Made by a program: the position numbers and the translations under genes. A stretch of 64,000 nucleotides of DNA from a virus: IMG/VR virus record IMGVR_UViG_3300009177_000032, positions 1-64,000 of that record, one strand, 5' to 3'. This document shows positions 9,428-17,173 of this stretch, piece after piece. Below the pieces are notes generated by a model, which was given only the letters and a program-made list of their open reading frames with translations, had not been told where the DNA came from and searched no databases. The stretch's first letter is position 1, and every line of letters starts with the position of its first letter.

Positions 9428-10284
9428 TAGAAAGGCCCACCATGGACCGGAGCGATACCGTTGCGTGAATTGAAAATCCGCCCCAGCTCAGTCACCGAGA
9501 GAGTGCGGTTGGTCCAACAGATACAGACGCCGATAAATCCGTCCGTAGGGATCGAGGTCCCGCAGCTATCAGCATATTTGCCTATCGCAAGGTCGCCAGT
9601 GAAGGCATGCGTGTTAGCTGCTGCGGAGGTGTTCTTTGTTCCGCCGTCCATCGATATCCAGATATGCGAACCGTCCCACCCGCCGGCCATCAGGTGCCAG
9701 GTCCCTGTATCTGTTGAGCCAGATCCCCCGCTAAGCGTGTTATCGTCGACAAACACGGTCGAGTTGTCGCCCTTGTGAAGGCCAAAGGTCCATTTGTTGC
9801 CGCCAGATTGGCCCATGTAAAATCCAGTCGAATCCCAGTCGTCAAAGATGGGGTTATTCGCGGTCGTGTTCGAGAGCTTCACCCAGGCTGTAACACTGAA
9901 CACCTGATTGGCGGATAGGGTCGCGGCTGTGTGACCGGAACCGGCTGCATTGCCGAAGCCTCGTGCGCTGGACGGGTCAAGCGGAGCCGCGGTGTGAAAA
10001 TCAGCGACGTAGGGAATATTACCGAAGCCGGCGGCTTGCGAGACAGCCGTGTTGCACACACTCAGGAGAAAACCGTGTACCGTGTCGGTAACGTCGTTGG
10101 GGTAACCACCGACAGCTCCGCCATCGTCGAGCAGAAATGCCGTGTAGACGCCAGTGTTAAGATCCGCGTTCGGATCGCCGGCAGCCGTAGCTACTGCCGA
10201 GGAAATGTCCCGCCAATCGTTGAAGAATTGGGCGTTGCCTGTCCATGCGCAAAGGCAGAGAAGAACTATGGAGATGAGCTTCAT
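9427..10284 (-). CDS. LamG/concanavalin A-like domain protein
   Basis: FSVTAWVK...TGTWHLMAGGWDG..ISMDG..LAIG..NRTLSVTEL; signal-like N-terminus from ATG 10284. Confidence 0.85.
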   Translation of the reverse strand: MKLISIVLLCLCAWTGNAQFFNDWRDISSAVATAAGDPNADLNTGVYTAFLLDDGGAVGGYPNDVTDTVHGFLLSVCNTAVSQAAGFGNIPYVADFHTAAPLDPSSARGFGNAAGSGHTAATLSANQVFSVTAWVKLSNTTANNPIFDDWDSTGFYMGQSGGNKWTFGLHKGDNSTVFVDDNTLSGGSGSTDTGTWHLMAGGWDGSHIWISMDGGTKNTSAAANTHAFTGDLAIGKYADSCGTSIPTDGFIGVCICWTNRTLSVTELGRIFNSRNGIAPVHGGPF

Positions 10285-11147
10285 GGTCCAAAAGGTGTGA
10301 ACACTGCGCCCGTTATCGTGCCGCCAACACCGCCGCTCACCAGGGTGCCAAACGAGCCATTGGTCACGACCCATGTCCCGGTTGGGATCTTTTTCACATT
10401 TGCCACTGAGTAGGTGACGGTCCTGTCAGCGCCGTTGGCCAGGATATAGAGCACGTTACGGAAGCCGAGGCCCGTCTTGACGTTGGCGATTCCGCTAATG
10501 GTCGGATTAGCGGTGCAGTTGGTTATCTGCTCACCAAGCGAGGCGTCGACATTGGCCCCCGTAACTGGATTAGTTGAAGCGTAAAAGTTGTTGGTTACAT
10601 AAAGGTCATTGACCCCAGGCGTTAGCGTGTAAGCCGGACCCGAGCCATCGTTGCTCAGAAGCCCCGCGCTGTTTGCGATGCTGACAGCACCTTTGTCGGT
10701 GCTTGCCTTAAGCACGGTGTTCGCCGTCCAAGAGCTATTAGTAGCGCCTTCGATACCGACGGGGTGACCGGTTGAGTCCAGCCCGAGAGCAGTAGGTCCG
10801 CTGACCCCGTCGAATATGAACGTCGAGGATGGAAAGTGGACGCTGCTATCGGTCGTTCGAAAGAGGATGGTCGCTCCGCTGCCGTCAATGTGATCGTACT
10901 GGAGCAACATGCCATGGCTACCCTCCTTCTTGATAGTGTCCTCGAAGGTCGCGTCGAGCTGAAACTTGAGCACGGGATTTGTCATGGTCGCCGAGCTCAC
11001 GGTCGCGCTTGCCGTGATGTTGGACAGATTTGAGCCGTCGCCGTAAAACTGACCGACGTATTTGTTAAGGCTCGCCGCCCCGATGAGGGCAACACACCCG
11101 GCTCCGATCAGTAAGCCCAGGCTGAAGAATTTGGGATTCAGTTTCAT
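10281..11147 (-). CDS. Putative tail fibre/virion beta-rich protein
   Basis: Gly/Ser/Thr/Asn-rich, FYGDGSNLSNI motif common in fibre proteins. Confidence 0.5.
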   Translation of the reverse strand: MKLNPKFFSLGLLIGAGCVALIGAASLNKYVGQFYGDGSNLSNITASATVSSATMTNPVLKFQLDATFEDTIKKEGSHGMLLQYDHIDGSGATILFRTTDSSVHFPSSTFIFDGVSGPTALGLDSTGHPVGIEGATNSSWTANTVLKASTDKGAVSIANSAGLLSNDGSGPAYTLTPGVNDLYVTNNFYASTNPVTGANVDASLGEQITNCTANPTISGIANVKTGLGFRNVLYILANGADRTVTYSVANVKKIPTGTWVVTNGSFGTLVSGGVGGTITGAVFTPFGP

Positions 11148-11155
11148 AGGTTTGA

Positions 11156-11350
11156 TTAGTGCCAGGCTCCGCCCCAGTACATCCATTGCTGCCCGTTCAC
11201 GTCGACAATGATGCTCGGGCCGTCGGGGGGCGTGAACGTGGGCGGCCCTGCGTACGAGATCTCGTTGTTTACGCCGTCGCCAAAGTCGGCAGGATCAGGA
11301 TGATGCCCAAGAGGAACGTAGTTCCCGTTTGCGTCTATTAGAGTCGCCAT
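11156..11350 (-). CDS. Hypothetical protein
   Basis: MATLIDANG... ending YWGGAWH; promoter directly upstream. Confidence 0.6.
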   Translation of the reverse strand: MATLIDANGNYVPLGHHPDPADFGDGVNNEISYAGPPTFTPPDGPSIIVDVNGQQWMYWGGAWH

Positions 11351-11357
11351 GCGCGAG

Positions 11358-11387
11358 CTTTTATGGCCCACGCTGCGGCATTGGCAA
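11358..11387 (-). promoter_or_regulatory. Putative promoter, leaderless transcript
   Basis: TTGCCA-N18-TAAAAG-N7-ATG(11350). Confidence 0.5.
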
Positions 11388-11389
11388 GT

Positions 11390-11581
11390 TTAATCGGACC
11401 CCTCGCCTTGCCGGCATCGCGAGCAAAGCGACGTGTCATACTCTCCCTCGGTCGGTAGAAACAGCTCTCCGCAACGATCGCATGCCGTTTCCTCGCCGCT
11501 CGAGACTCCTAAAATATCTTCGAGGGTTGGATGGGGTGAATCCCCAATCTTCACAGGGGCCTCCCGTGCTTTACGCTTCAT
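11390..11581 (-). CDS. Small Zn-finger protein
   Basis: CDRC...CSRC. Confidence 0.55.
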   Translation of the reverse strand: MKRKAREAPVKIGDSPHPTLEDILGVSSGEETACDRCGELFLPTEGEYDTSLCSRCRQGEGSD

Positions 11582-11584
11582 AAC

Positions 11585-11758
11585 ATGACCAGAGGACTAC
11601 TATTTTGGGTTATTATGATCATCCTGTTGATCCTGGGGTTCGCTACGTACTACGGCCACACCGGCGGCCCTTATTGGGGTATGGGCATGAGCATCGTCGA
11701 ATTTGTTTTGCTCGCCCTGCTCGGCTGGCAGGTTTTTGGACCCGTCGTAAAAGGTTGA
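11585..11758 (+). CDS. 57-aa two-TM membrane protein, antisense-overlapping (not in ORF track)
   Basis: MTRGLLFWVIMIILLILGFATYYGHTGGPYWGMGMSIVEFVLLALLGWQVFGPVVKG; TTCACA-N16-TACGCT-N7-ATG upstream. Confidence 0.7.
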   Translation: MTRGLLFWVIMIILLILGFATYYGHTGGPYWGMGMSIVEFVLLALLGWQVFGPVVKG

Positions 11759-12061
11759 ACAGTCGATAACCGCCCCTGGCATTCCGTGCTTTATCCAGTA
11801 GGCGGCCCCGCGGTAGTACGCCGCGTAGAGCTCGATAACCATTTTCCGAAACTTCGGGACGTTTGGGGACCCTTCGTCGGCCATCTCCTCGAGGCGCTTG
11901 GCGAATTCCTCCCAAGCGTAGGCCGCTGCAACCATTGGAAGCGGTTTCATTGCCTGAGACAGGAGAAAAAGGACGTCCTTCCGTGAGTGCGCCTTCGAGA
12001 AATCAACTTTGAACCGGTCTAGCTGCCGCACTAGCGTTTCACCGTCAACCGTGGGTTTCAT
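11600..12061 (-). CDS. Hypothetical protein
   Basis: Start MKPTVDG at 12061; helical N-terminal two thirds. Confidence 0.6.
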   Translation of the reverse strand: MKPTVDGETLVRQLDRFKVDFSKAHSRKDVLFLLSQAMKPLPMVAAAYAWEEFAKRLEEMADEGSPNVPKFRKMVIELYAAYYRGAAYWIKHGMPGAVIDCSTFYDGSKNLPAEQGEQNKFDDAHAHTPIRAAGVAVVRSEPQDQQDDHNNPK

Positions 12062-12251
12062 TCGCAACTTTGATCTGGTTCGCCCGGTGAAAGTCGAGGT
12101 AAGCGTCCGCCGCATCCCATCCGTAGCCTGCTTTTGTGCAGCCAGGGTGATAGCAAAGCACAATCCAGAGCCCTTGAACGTCTTTGTAGCTCGCGAGGGC
12201 CTTGTTGTGCATCGGACACATCGGAGTTGCGAGGATCTCGGGTTTCATCAC
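12045..12251 (-). CDS. Hypothetical Zn-binding protein
   Basis: CPMH...CYHPGC. Confidence 0.55.
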   Translation of the reverse strand: MMKPEILATPMCPMHNKALASYKDVQGLWIVLCYHPGCTKAGYGWDAADAYLDFHRANQIKVANETHG

Positions 12252-12485
12252 TCAAAATACGGGTGTTGGGGGTTGGCAGACAACGATCGGGGGGAGCGTT
12301 CTTCGCCGCTCGCATGGGGCGAGGAGTTTTCTCGACCATGAATCCGCCAAAATTCCGACTGGCGGTTTGCGAGGGACAAAATTTGTAAGTCCGGGCCAGG
12401 AGAGGACCTGTCCGGGCAGTGGCTTGGAAAAATCTGGATCATTACAAGGATATCCGTCTGGTTGTGGGGCTGTTCGGTAGTTCAT
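12252..12485 (-). CDS. Hypothetical protein
   Basis: ATG 12485 in ATGA overlap with upstream gene. Confidence 0.4.
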   Translation of the reverse strand: MNYRTAPQPDGYPCNDPDFSKPLPGQVLSWPGLTNFVPRKPPVGILADSWSRKLLAPCERRRTLPPIVVCQPPTPVF

Positions 12486-12736
12486 ATCGGTCGACCCTGA
12501 GTAACGTAATCGCCTGGCCATGGAAATAGTTTCATCTGTCCGTCCTTCTTCGGCCTCAGCGCCCAGTAAACCCGACCGCAGAAGCAGCGGACCCTCTCCC
12601 AGTGACGGAGGTAAGCCGCGCATTTCTTCCCGCACTCACAATCGATGGCAAGGTAGCGCTGTTCATCGATCGCCCGCTCGAGTTTTGGCTCCGCCGGCGC
12701 CGAACCGCCAATGCCTACAAGAGAACTTTCAGACAT
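12482..12736 (-). CDS. Hypothetical Zn-ribbon protein
   Basis: CECG...CFCG. Confidence 0.55.
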   Translation of the reverse strand: MSESSLVGIGGSAPAEPKLERAIDEQRYLAIDCECGKKCAAYLRHWERVRCFCGRVYWALRPKKDGQMKLFPWPGDYVTQGRPI

Positions 12737-12816
12737 ATCACGATGAAAACGGCCAGGAACAGCACGCCAATGCAGAACAAGACCGCCTCGCGCTCGGGTG
12801 TGCGTTTAAGGCTCAT
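12715..12816 (-). CDS. 33-aa single-TM peptide (not in ORF track)
   Basis: MSLKRTPEREAVLFCIGVLFLAVFIVICLKVLL fills the gap between neighbours. Confidence 0.45.
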   Translation of the reverse strand: MSLKRTPEREAVLFCIGVLFLAVFIVICLKVLL

Positions 12817-13063
12817 AGCTGTCGCGAACGATCCCGATTGAATTCCACGCAGCCGCCAGGAAGCTCATGACGATGAGGCAAACCGCGAATTTAATCGGCA
12901 GAAAAGGCGATGCGATAACAATGCCAAAGTTAAGCCATAAGTTTAGGCGCCATCTCAGCATCCTCACAAGTGGGTTAGTCTCGCGATTGAGCTCGGGATC
13001 CCTGACCCACGTCGAGAACAGGTCCGCTCCGCGCGCCAAAAACATGAGTAGGAATATCGTCAT
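12806..13063 (-). CDS. Small membrane protein (DUF5658-like)
   Basis: ADLFSTW...ETNPLVR plus three hydrophobic segments. Confidence 0.55.
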   Translation of the reverse strand: MTIFLLMFLARGADLFSTWVRDPELNRETNPLVRMLRWRLNLWLNFGIVIASPFLPIKFAVCLIVMSFLAAAWNSIGIVRDSYEP

Positions 13064-13332
13064 GGTCTTATCCTCGGGGCGTTCTCACACACCGCGTGGT
13101 AGCTATCCTGAATCATCGGCCCTATTGCCGGCTGGACCGGTGAACGGCATGGATCCGGGTCGGGCCGGCCTGCCGTCAGCTCGAGCGTGATAGTTTCCTG
13201 CATTGCCAGGAGCCACACCGATCGAGGGATTTTAGCGCGATGAGACGAAAGCCGGCGCCAGACATTGCGCCGTTGCTGTGGTGTGAGAGCAAACCAGCGC
13301 TTCCGCACGTCTACTGACGGGTCGACGTTCAT
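13060..13332 (-). CDS. Hypothetical protein
   Basis: ATGA-coupled chain of ORFs. Confidence 0.55.
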   Translation of the reverse strand: MNVDPSVDVRKRWFALTPQQRRNVWRRLSSHRAKIPRSVWLLAMQETITLELTAGRPDPDPCRSPVQPAIGPMIQDSYHAVCENAPRIRP

Positions 13333-13598
13333 GCGCCGAGTATGGGCTTACCCCATGGGCCACGTCCAAGCGGAAGTATCGGCCCCCTGTTGTCGCGAAT
13401 GACCTCGTTGCGTACGGCCGCAGTGACTTCCGCTCGCTTCACAAACCTACGCACACCGAGGACGATGACGACAAAATCGCCGTTTGGGGCGATATCGACA
13501 ACCTGGGCGTAGTTGTCATTGGGGCACCTCGGCGGGACCCAGTGGATAAAGTCGTACCGCTGGACCTCGTCAACCGTGATATTAATTGAGCCGCTCAT
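13329..13598 (-). CDS. Hypothetical protein
   Basis: ATGA-coupled chain of ORFs. Confidence 0.6.
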   Translation of the reverse strand: MSGSINITVDEVQRYDFIHWVPPRCPNDNYAQVVDIAPNGDFVVIVLGVRRFVKRAEVTAAVRNEVIRDNRGPILPLGRGPWGKPILGA

Positions 13599-13786
13599 TG
13601 CTTTGGGGGATCATCCAACAGCTCAAATCCGATTATGCGGGAGTTCTGGTAAGAGCTGTTATTAACGAGGAATTTCTCGAGCTCCGGGTTACTGATCTGG
13701 AAGGTCTTTGTAATCCGTTCCGCCCTGGCGCCATCGACATTCACCGCCGCGATGCAATCCTGCTTTTCAACCATTAGCACGATCAT
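13595..13786 (-). CDS. Hypothetical protein
   Basis: ATGA-coupled chain of ORFs. Confidence 0.55.
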   Translation of the reverse strand: MIVLMVEKQDCIAAVNVDGARAERITKTFQISNPELEKFLVNNSSYQNSRIIGFELLDDPPKQ

Positions 13787-14103
13787 GGCTTCGGAGTCCC
13801 TTCCACTCCGCGGGCCTTCCGCTCAGCCGTCCGGTTCTCGAGCCACATTAGCGCCTCCTGGCACTTCGTTACTGCAATCGATGTTTGCCGGTTGGGCAGT
13901 TTGGCATTGAGCGACTGCAAACGGTCGATCAGGACCTTGAGGACCTCCTCGTTGGTCGTACCGTCTGTGACGGTGAAAAAGACAGGCGGGTCAACCTCGG
14001 GTCGTTGCTCCTTGTGGATGAATTGAAGCCGCTGGTTGAGCTCGGGTAGATCCTGCTCAAAGTTGGCGAGTTCGTAACAGTGTCCCGGTGTGATGATTTT
14101 CAT
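13783..14103 (-). CDS. Tad1-like (Acb2/Tad1 hairpin) anti-defence signal sponge
   Basis: GTTNEEVLKVLIDRL...NRQTSIAVTKCQEALMWLENRTAERKARGVEGT matches the Tad1 C-terminal consensus. Confidence 0.75.
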   Translation of the reverse strand: MKIITPGHCYELANFEQDLPELNQRLQFIHKEQRPEVDPPVFFTVTDGTTNEEVLKVLIDRLQSLNAKLPNRQTSIAVTKCQEALMWLENRTAERKARGVEGTPKP

Positions 14104-14109
14104 AGTTTT

Positions 14110-15156
14110 CTATCGGTTTACTGACGGCCATTGTCTGACGCACAGCTCAGGGGGCCATTCTTCCATTTTGCCGCCCTTCTTGTCCTTGAGTTCTGCGCAC
14201 GCAGCGGCAGCGCCATCCGTGCAGCCGTTGACTAGCCTGGTACTGTCCGGCCAGTCGTGAAGGTTTGCATTCTCGGTGATTGGGAAGCTGCCGAGCTGCT
14301 TCGCGAAGTAGGCCACGCCAGCGGCCTGACACTGCTTCTGGATTTCGTGCATCCACTGGACGTCCATCGGGCGGGCGCTTGCTCCGCTCTCGCCGCCGGC
14401 AATTACCCAGTCAACTCCCTCACTCTTGAGCAACTTTTCGAAAGGCTTCCGGTAGCCGAGCCGATCGTAACCGTTTAACGATCTCAACAACTCAATCGGC
14501 CCAAGCAGCGGCTCGCAGCTCAGCCCGTGGACCGCGGCCGGGATTTTCAGCAGGTGCGGGATCCGCTTGTCGGCCATCTCCTGATTCTCCGTGCTGGTTA
14601 TCATCCACACGTTTGCCGGCGCCTTGCCCATGAGCCAGTGATGGGCAAAGCCAGATCGCCCGCGATACTCATGCTCCCACGCAAACACATCGGTAATTCG
14701 CTGACTAAAAAATTCCGGCCTTTTGGTCACAAGCAGGAAGTCCAGATCTTTGCAGTCGTTGACGACCTGTAGCGCGTCGGCAAGCCACTCGATTTTGACC
14801 TCTGGATCGAAAATGTCCATCAGGCTACCGAGGAACACGCGCGCGCGGTGAAGGGATCCCATCCTCCTGCAACCTGGGCACGAAGTTGAATTTTTGGCAG
14901 AACTTGGTAGCGCAAACGCTTTACCGCACCCATCGCATATCCATGGCCGCTTGTTCCACTTGTAAGGCGCGTTGCGAGTCGCCTCGCTCGTCCGGTACCG
15001 CGGAGCTCCCTTGCCCCAGTGTTCGACCTTGTCCTGCATGTGCCGCTTGTCGCGCTCCGCGGCGTAGCAGTGGGCGCACCCTGGGGAAACTTTGGTACAG
15101 CCGATCCATGGATTGTACGTGTAGTCACACCACTGGATAAAAGTTCTTCGGTTCAT
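14110..15156 (-). CDS. DUF5131 / phage Gp37-Gp68 family protein
   Basis: IQWCDYTYNPWIGCTKVSPGCAHCYA, LVTKRPE, SCEPLLGP, DWVIAGGESG, KQLG. Confidence 0.92.
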   Translation of the reverse strand: MNRRTFIQWCDYTYNPWIGCTKVSPGCAHCYAAERDKRHMQDKVEHWGKGAPRYRTSEATRNAPYKWNKRPWICDGCGKAFALPSSAKNSTSCPGCRRMGSLHRARVFLGSLMDIFDPEVKIEWLADALQVVNDCKDLDFLLVTKRPEFFSQRITDVFAWEHEYRGRSGFAHHWLMGKAPANVWMITSTENQEMADKRIPHLLKIPAAVHGLSCEPLLGPIELLRSLNGYDRLGYRKPFEKLLKSEGVDWVIAGGESGASARPMDVQWMHEIQKQCQAAGVAYFAKQLGSFPITENANLHDWPDSTRLVNGCTDGAAAACAELKDKKGGKMEEWPPELCVRQWPSVNR

Positions 15157-15159
15157 AAC

Positions 15160-15423
15160 TCAGTTGCCGTGCGCAATCTCCCGAGTCTCTTGAAGGTGCA
15201 GATTATACCCCGCGTTGAAGCCGGCCATGAACATCGCGTAGCGGAATGGATAATCCGGACAGTTATCAGCGTCCCACCTGTTGAGTGATGCCGCTACAAA
15301 CCAGCACTTGAGCGCCATCTTTGTCCGCTCAGCCGGCATCGCAAAATCGTCCATGGCCACTTTGATGACGTCCTCAGGCGGATCGGGCACCTGGCTATGA
15401 TGGATGTTGATGGGGACTCTCAT
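15160..15423 (-). CDS. Hypothetical protein
   Basis: Coupled ORF. Confidence 0.55.
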   Translation of the reverse strand: MRVPINIHHSQVPDPPEDVIKVAMDDFAMPAERTKMALKCWFVAASLNRWDADNCPDYPFRYAMFMAGFNAGYNLHLQETREIAHGN

Positions 15424-15653
15424 TGTCTTAGCATCTCCGCCCGCCGCTCGCCCATGATCTGGTTTTTGACGTGCTGGTCCGCGAGCTCCCGCGCCGTCTG
15501 GTCAAACGCCCTGTAGCTGCTCCGCCAGTTGCGATACTGGTCTGGCGTGTTGTTGAAAAAGGCGTAACGGTCATTTTTCTTTCGGGTTTTTATTTTCATT
15601 GAGGTTGAGCTCCGCTGCCACTGCCTCAGGGCTCTTTGAGGATTTTTCGGCAA
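15420..15653 (-). CDS. Hypothetical protein (start probably internal MKIK)
   Basis: Coupled ORF. Confidence 0.45.
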   Translation of the reverse strand: MPKNPQRALRQWQRSSTSMKIKTRKKNDRYAFFNNTPDQYRNWRSSYRAFDQTARELADQHVKNQIMGERRAEMLRQ

Positions 15654-15990
15654 GCATGTTGCCGCACACGTGCTTCATGTGCTCGGTCGCGTTCCGGTCG
15701 TAGCTGACGTTCCCGATAACCAATGGCTGATACTTGCCAGGGCTGTGCTGAGTCGCTATCCCGATCATTACGACAAGGTTGGACCCAAACAGAATTTTCA
15801 CGCGCTCCCAAAAGGTGAATTCTCGGAACCATTCGAAGGCAAACTCCGACCGCCAGACCGTGGGGACCGGTCGCTCGGTGATCTTCGGCGGAGGCTTGAT
15901 CTTCCCCTCCTCGAATGCCTTGAGCAGGTCCGGCGGTTGATACCCGCTTTTGTCCTCGGTGTACTTCGCGCCTGGGGTTCGCTTAAACAC
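15571..15990 (-). CDS. Hypothetical protein
   Basis: 139-aa ORF, FTFWERVKILFG motif. Confidence 0.6.
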   Translation of the reverse strand: MFKRTPGAKYTEDKSGYQPPDLLKAFEEGKIKPPPKITERPVPTVWRSEFAFEWFREFTFWERVKILFGSNLVVMIGIATQHSPGKYQPLVIGNVSYDRNATEHMKHVCGNMLAEKSSKSPEAVAAELNLNENKNPKEK

Positions 15991-16435
15991 TGCCGTCCTC
16001 CTCCTGATTGGCCTGGACCTTGTCGGAAATCATCGGCAGGTCGTAGACCCCGACCGGCTCGTTCCTGAAACGGGATTGCTCGAGCAGCTTCTTGGCTACT
16101 ACCTCGGTCACGGGCGAAATACAGTAAATCGAGGATGCCCCGTAAAATCGCGTGTATGGCTGCTGGCCGTTCACTGCAGGAACGTCAACACGCAGAAACG
16201 CCCCGCCGGCTATGGTCTGCTCGGTAATTCGCCCGACGATCTGTTGACGGCCCATGATTTCGACCAGCGCCCAAAAGTCGAGCGGAGCGGAAGGCTCTGG
16301 CGCGCTTCCTTCTGGTACCTGCCAAACCCACATGGTTTTACACTTGGGGCATCCTAAATGCCCTGGCCTCACTACCTCTTTTGGCGTCGACTCATCGCCG
16401 CACTCCGGGCATCGCTCTTTGACTAAATCACTCAT
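15983..16435 (-). CDS. Conserved phage hypothetical protein with N-terminal Zn ribbon
   Basis: CPEC..CPKC; WALVEIMGRQQIVG..FLRVDVP..RFYGASSIYCISP. Confidence 0.7.
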   Translation of the reverse strand: MSDLVKERCPECGDESTPKEVVRPGHLGCPKCKTMWVWQVPEGSAPEPSAPLDFWALVEIMGRQQIVGRITEQTIAGGAFLRVDVPAVNGQQPYTRFYGASSIYCISPVTEVVAKKLLEQSRFRNEPVGVYDLPMISDKVQANQEEDGSV

Positions 16436-16731
16436 AGCACCCCCAAAATGTCATCAACATGGCACAACCTGTAGTACTCGATCCCTTTGTCCGACAGCCG
16501 CTCGAGCGACTCGAAGCCCACGTCCGGCATCAGGATTCTGTCTCCGACGCCTACGGGGATATCCCGCTCGCGCATTGCCATCGCGGATTTGCCATCGCCG
16601 ACAAGCACAACCTGGCCGGTCTGGTGTTCATACTGACGCTGGTCGGGTAGCTCGAGCGTCGACTCAATCGGGTCGAGCTTCACGAGCACCCGCTGCCCGA
16701 ATAACTTCGTTGGAATTGCCTTTAATCTCAT
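16432..16731 (-). CDS. groES: GroES-like co-chaperonin
   Basis: GQRVLVK...TGQVVLVGDG...VGVGDRIL...DDILGVL. Confidence 0.8.
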   Translation of the reverse strand: MRLKAIPTKLFGQRVLVKLDPIESTLELPDQRQYEHQTGQVVLVGDGKSAMAMRERDIPVGVGDRILMPDVGFESLERLSDKGIEYYRLCHVDDILGVL

Positions 16732-17173
16732 GGTGTTTATTCAGTTTGGCCCCTTGCAGTTGCTGACGATGCAGTTCGATATGGCGGGCGCGAGTTACCA
16801 ACTCGAAATTTGATAAGCTGTCATGCAGAGCGTTACCGTCGGCATGGTGAACAATCCAGCCTTTTGGGATAGGTCCGTTTGCCTGCTCCCATAGCCAGGT
16901 TGCGTATGGCTGCCAGTTGAATTGAGCGACTGGACCGTTGGCAACTTTTATCCATCGCCGAAGTATGCCATTCTTGTCCCGCCTAAACGTGGTGTCGCCT
17001 ACGGCTAATGTTCCCTTTCGCCTGTGCCCTCTTTGAAATGAGGTTTTGTTTGCCCTCGACCACCCACGTGTTCCTTTGTTCCAAGGCTCTTGACCGGGCG
17101 CGAATGACGTGCTGTTTGGACCCGCTCCCGCGGCAAATTTGTTTCCCTTGAGGTAGGAGTTATCTCTGTTCAT
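16664..17173 (-). CDS. HNH endonuclease
   Basis: PWNKG repeat; GPIPKGWIVHHADGNALHDSLSNFELVTRARH. Confidence 0.88.
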   Translation of the reverse strand: MNRDNSYLKGNKFAAGAGPNSTSFAPGQEPWNKGTRGWSRANKTSFQRGHRRKGTLAVGDTTFRRDKNGILRRWIKVANGPVAQFNWQPYATWLWEQANGPIPKGWIVHHADGNALHDSLSNFELVTRARHIELHRQQLQGAKLNKHHEIKGNSNEVIRAAGAREARPD

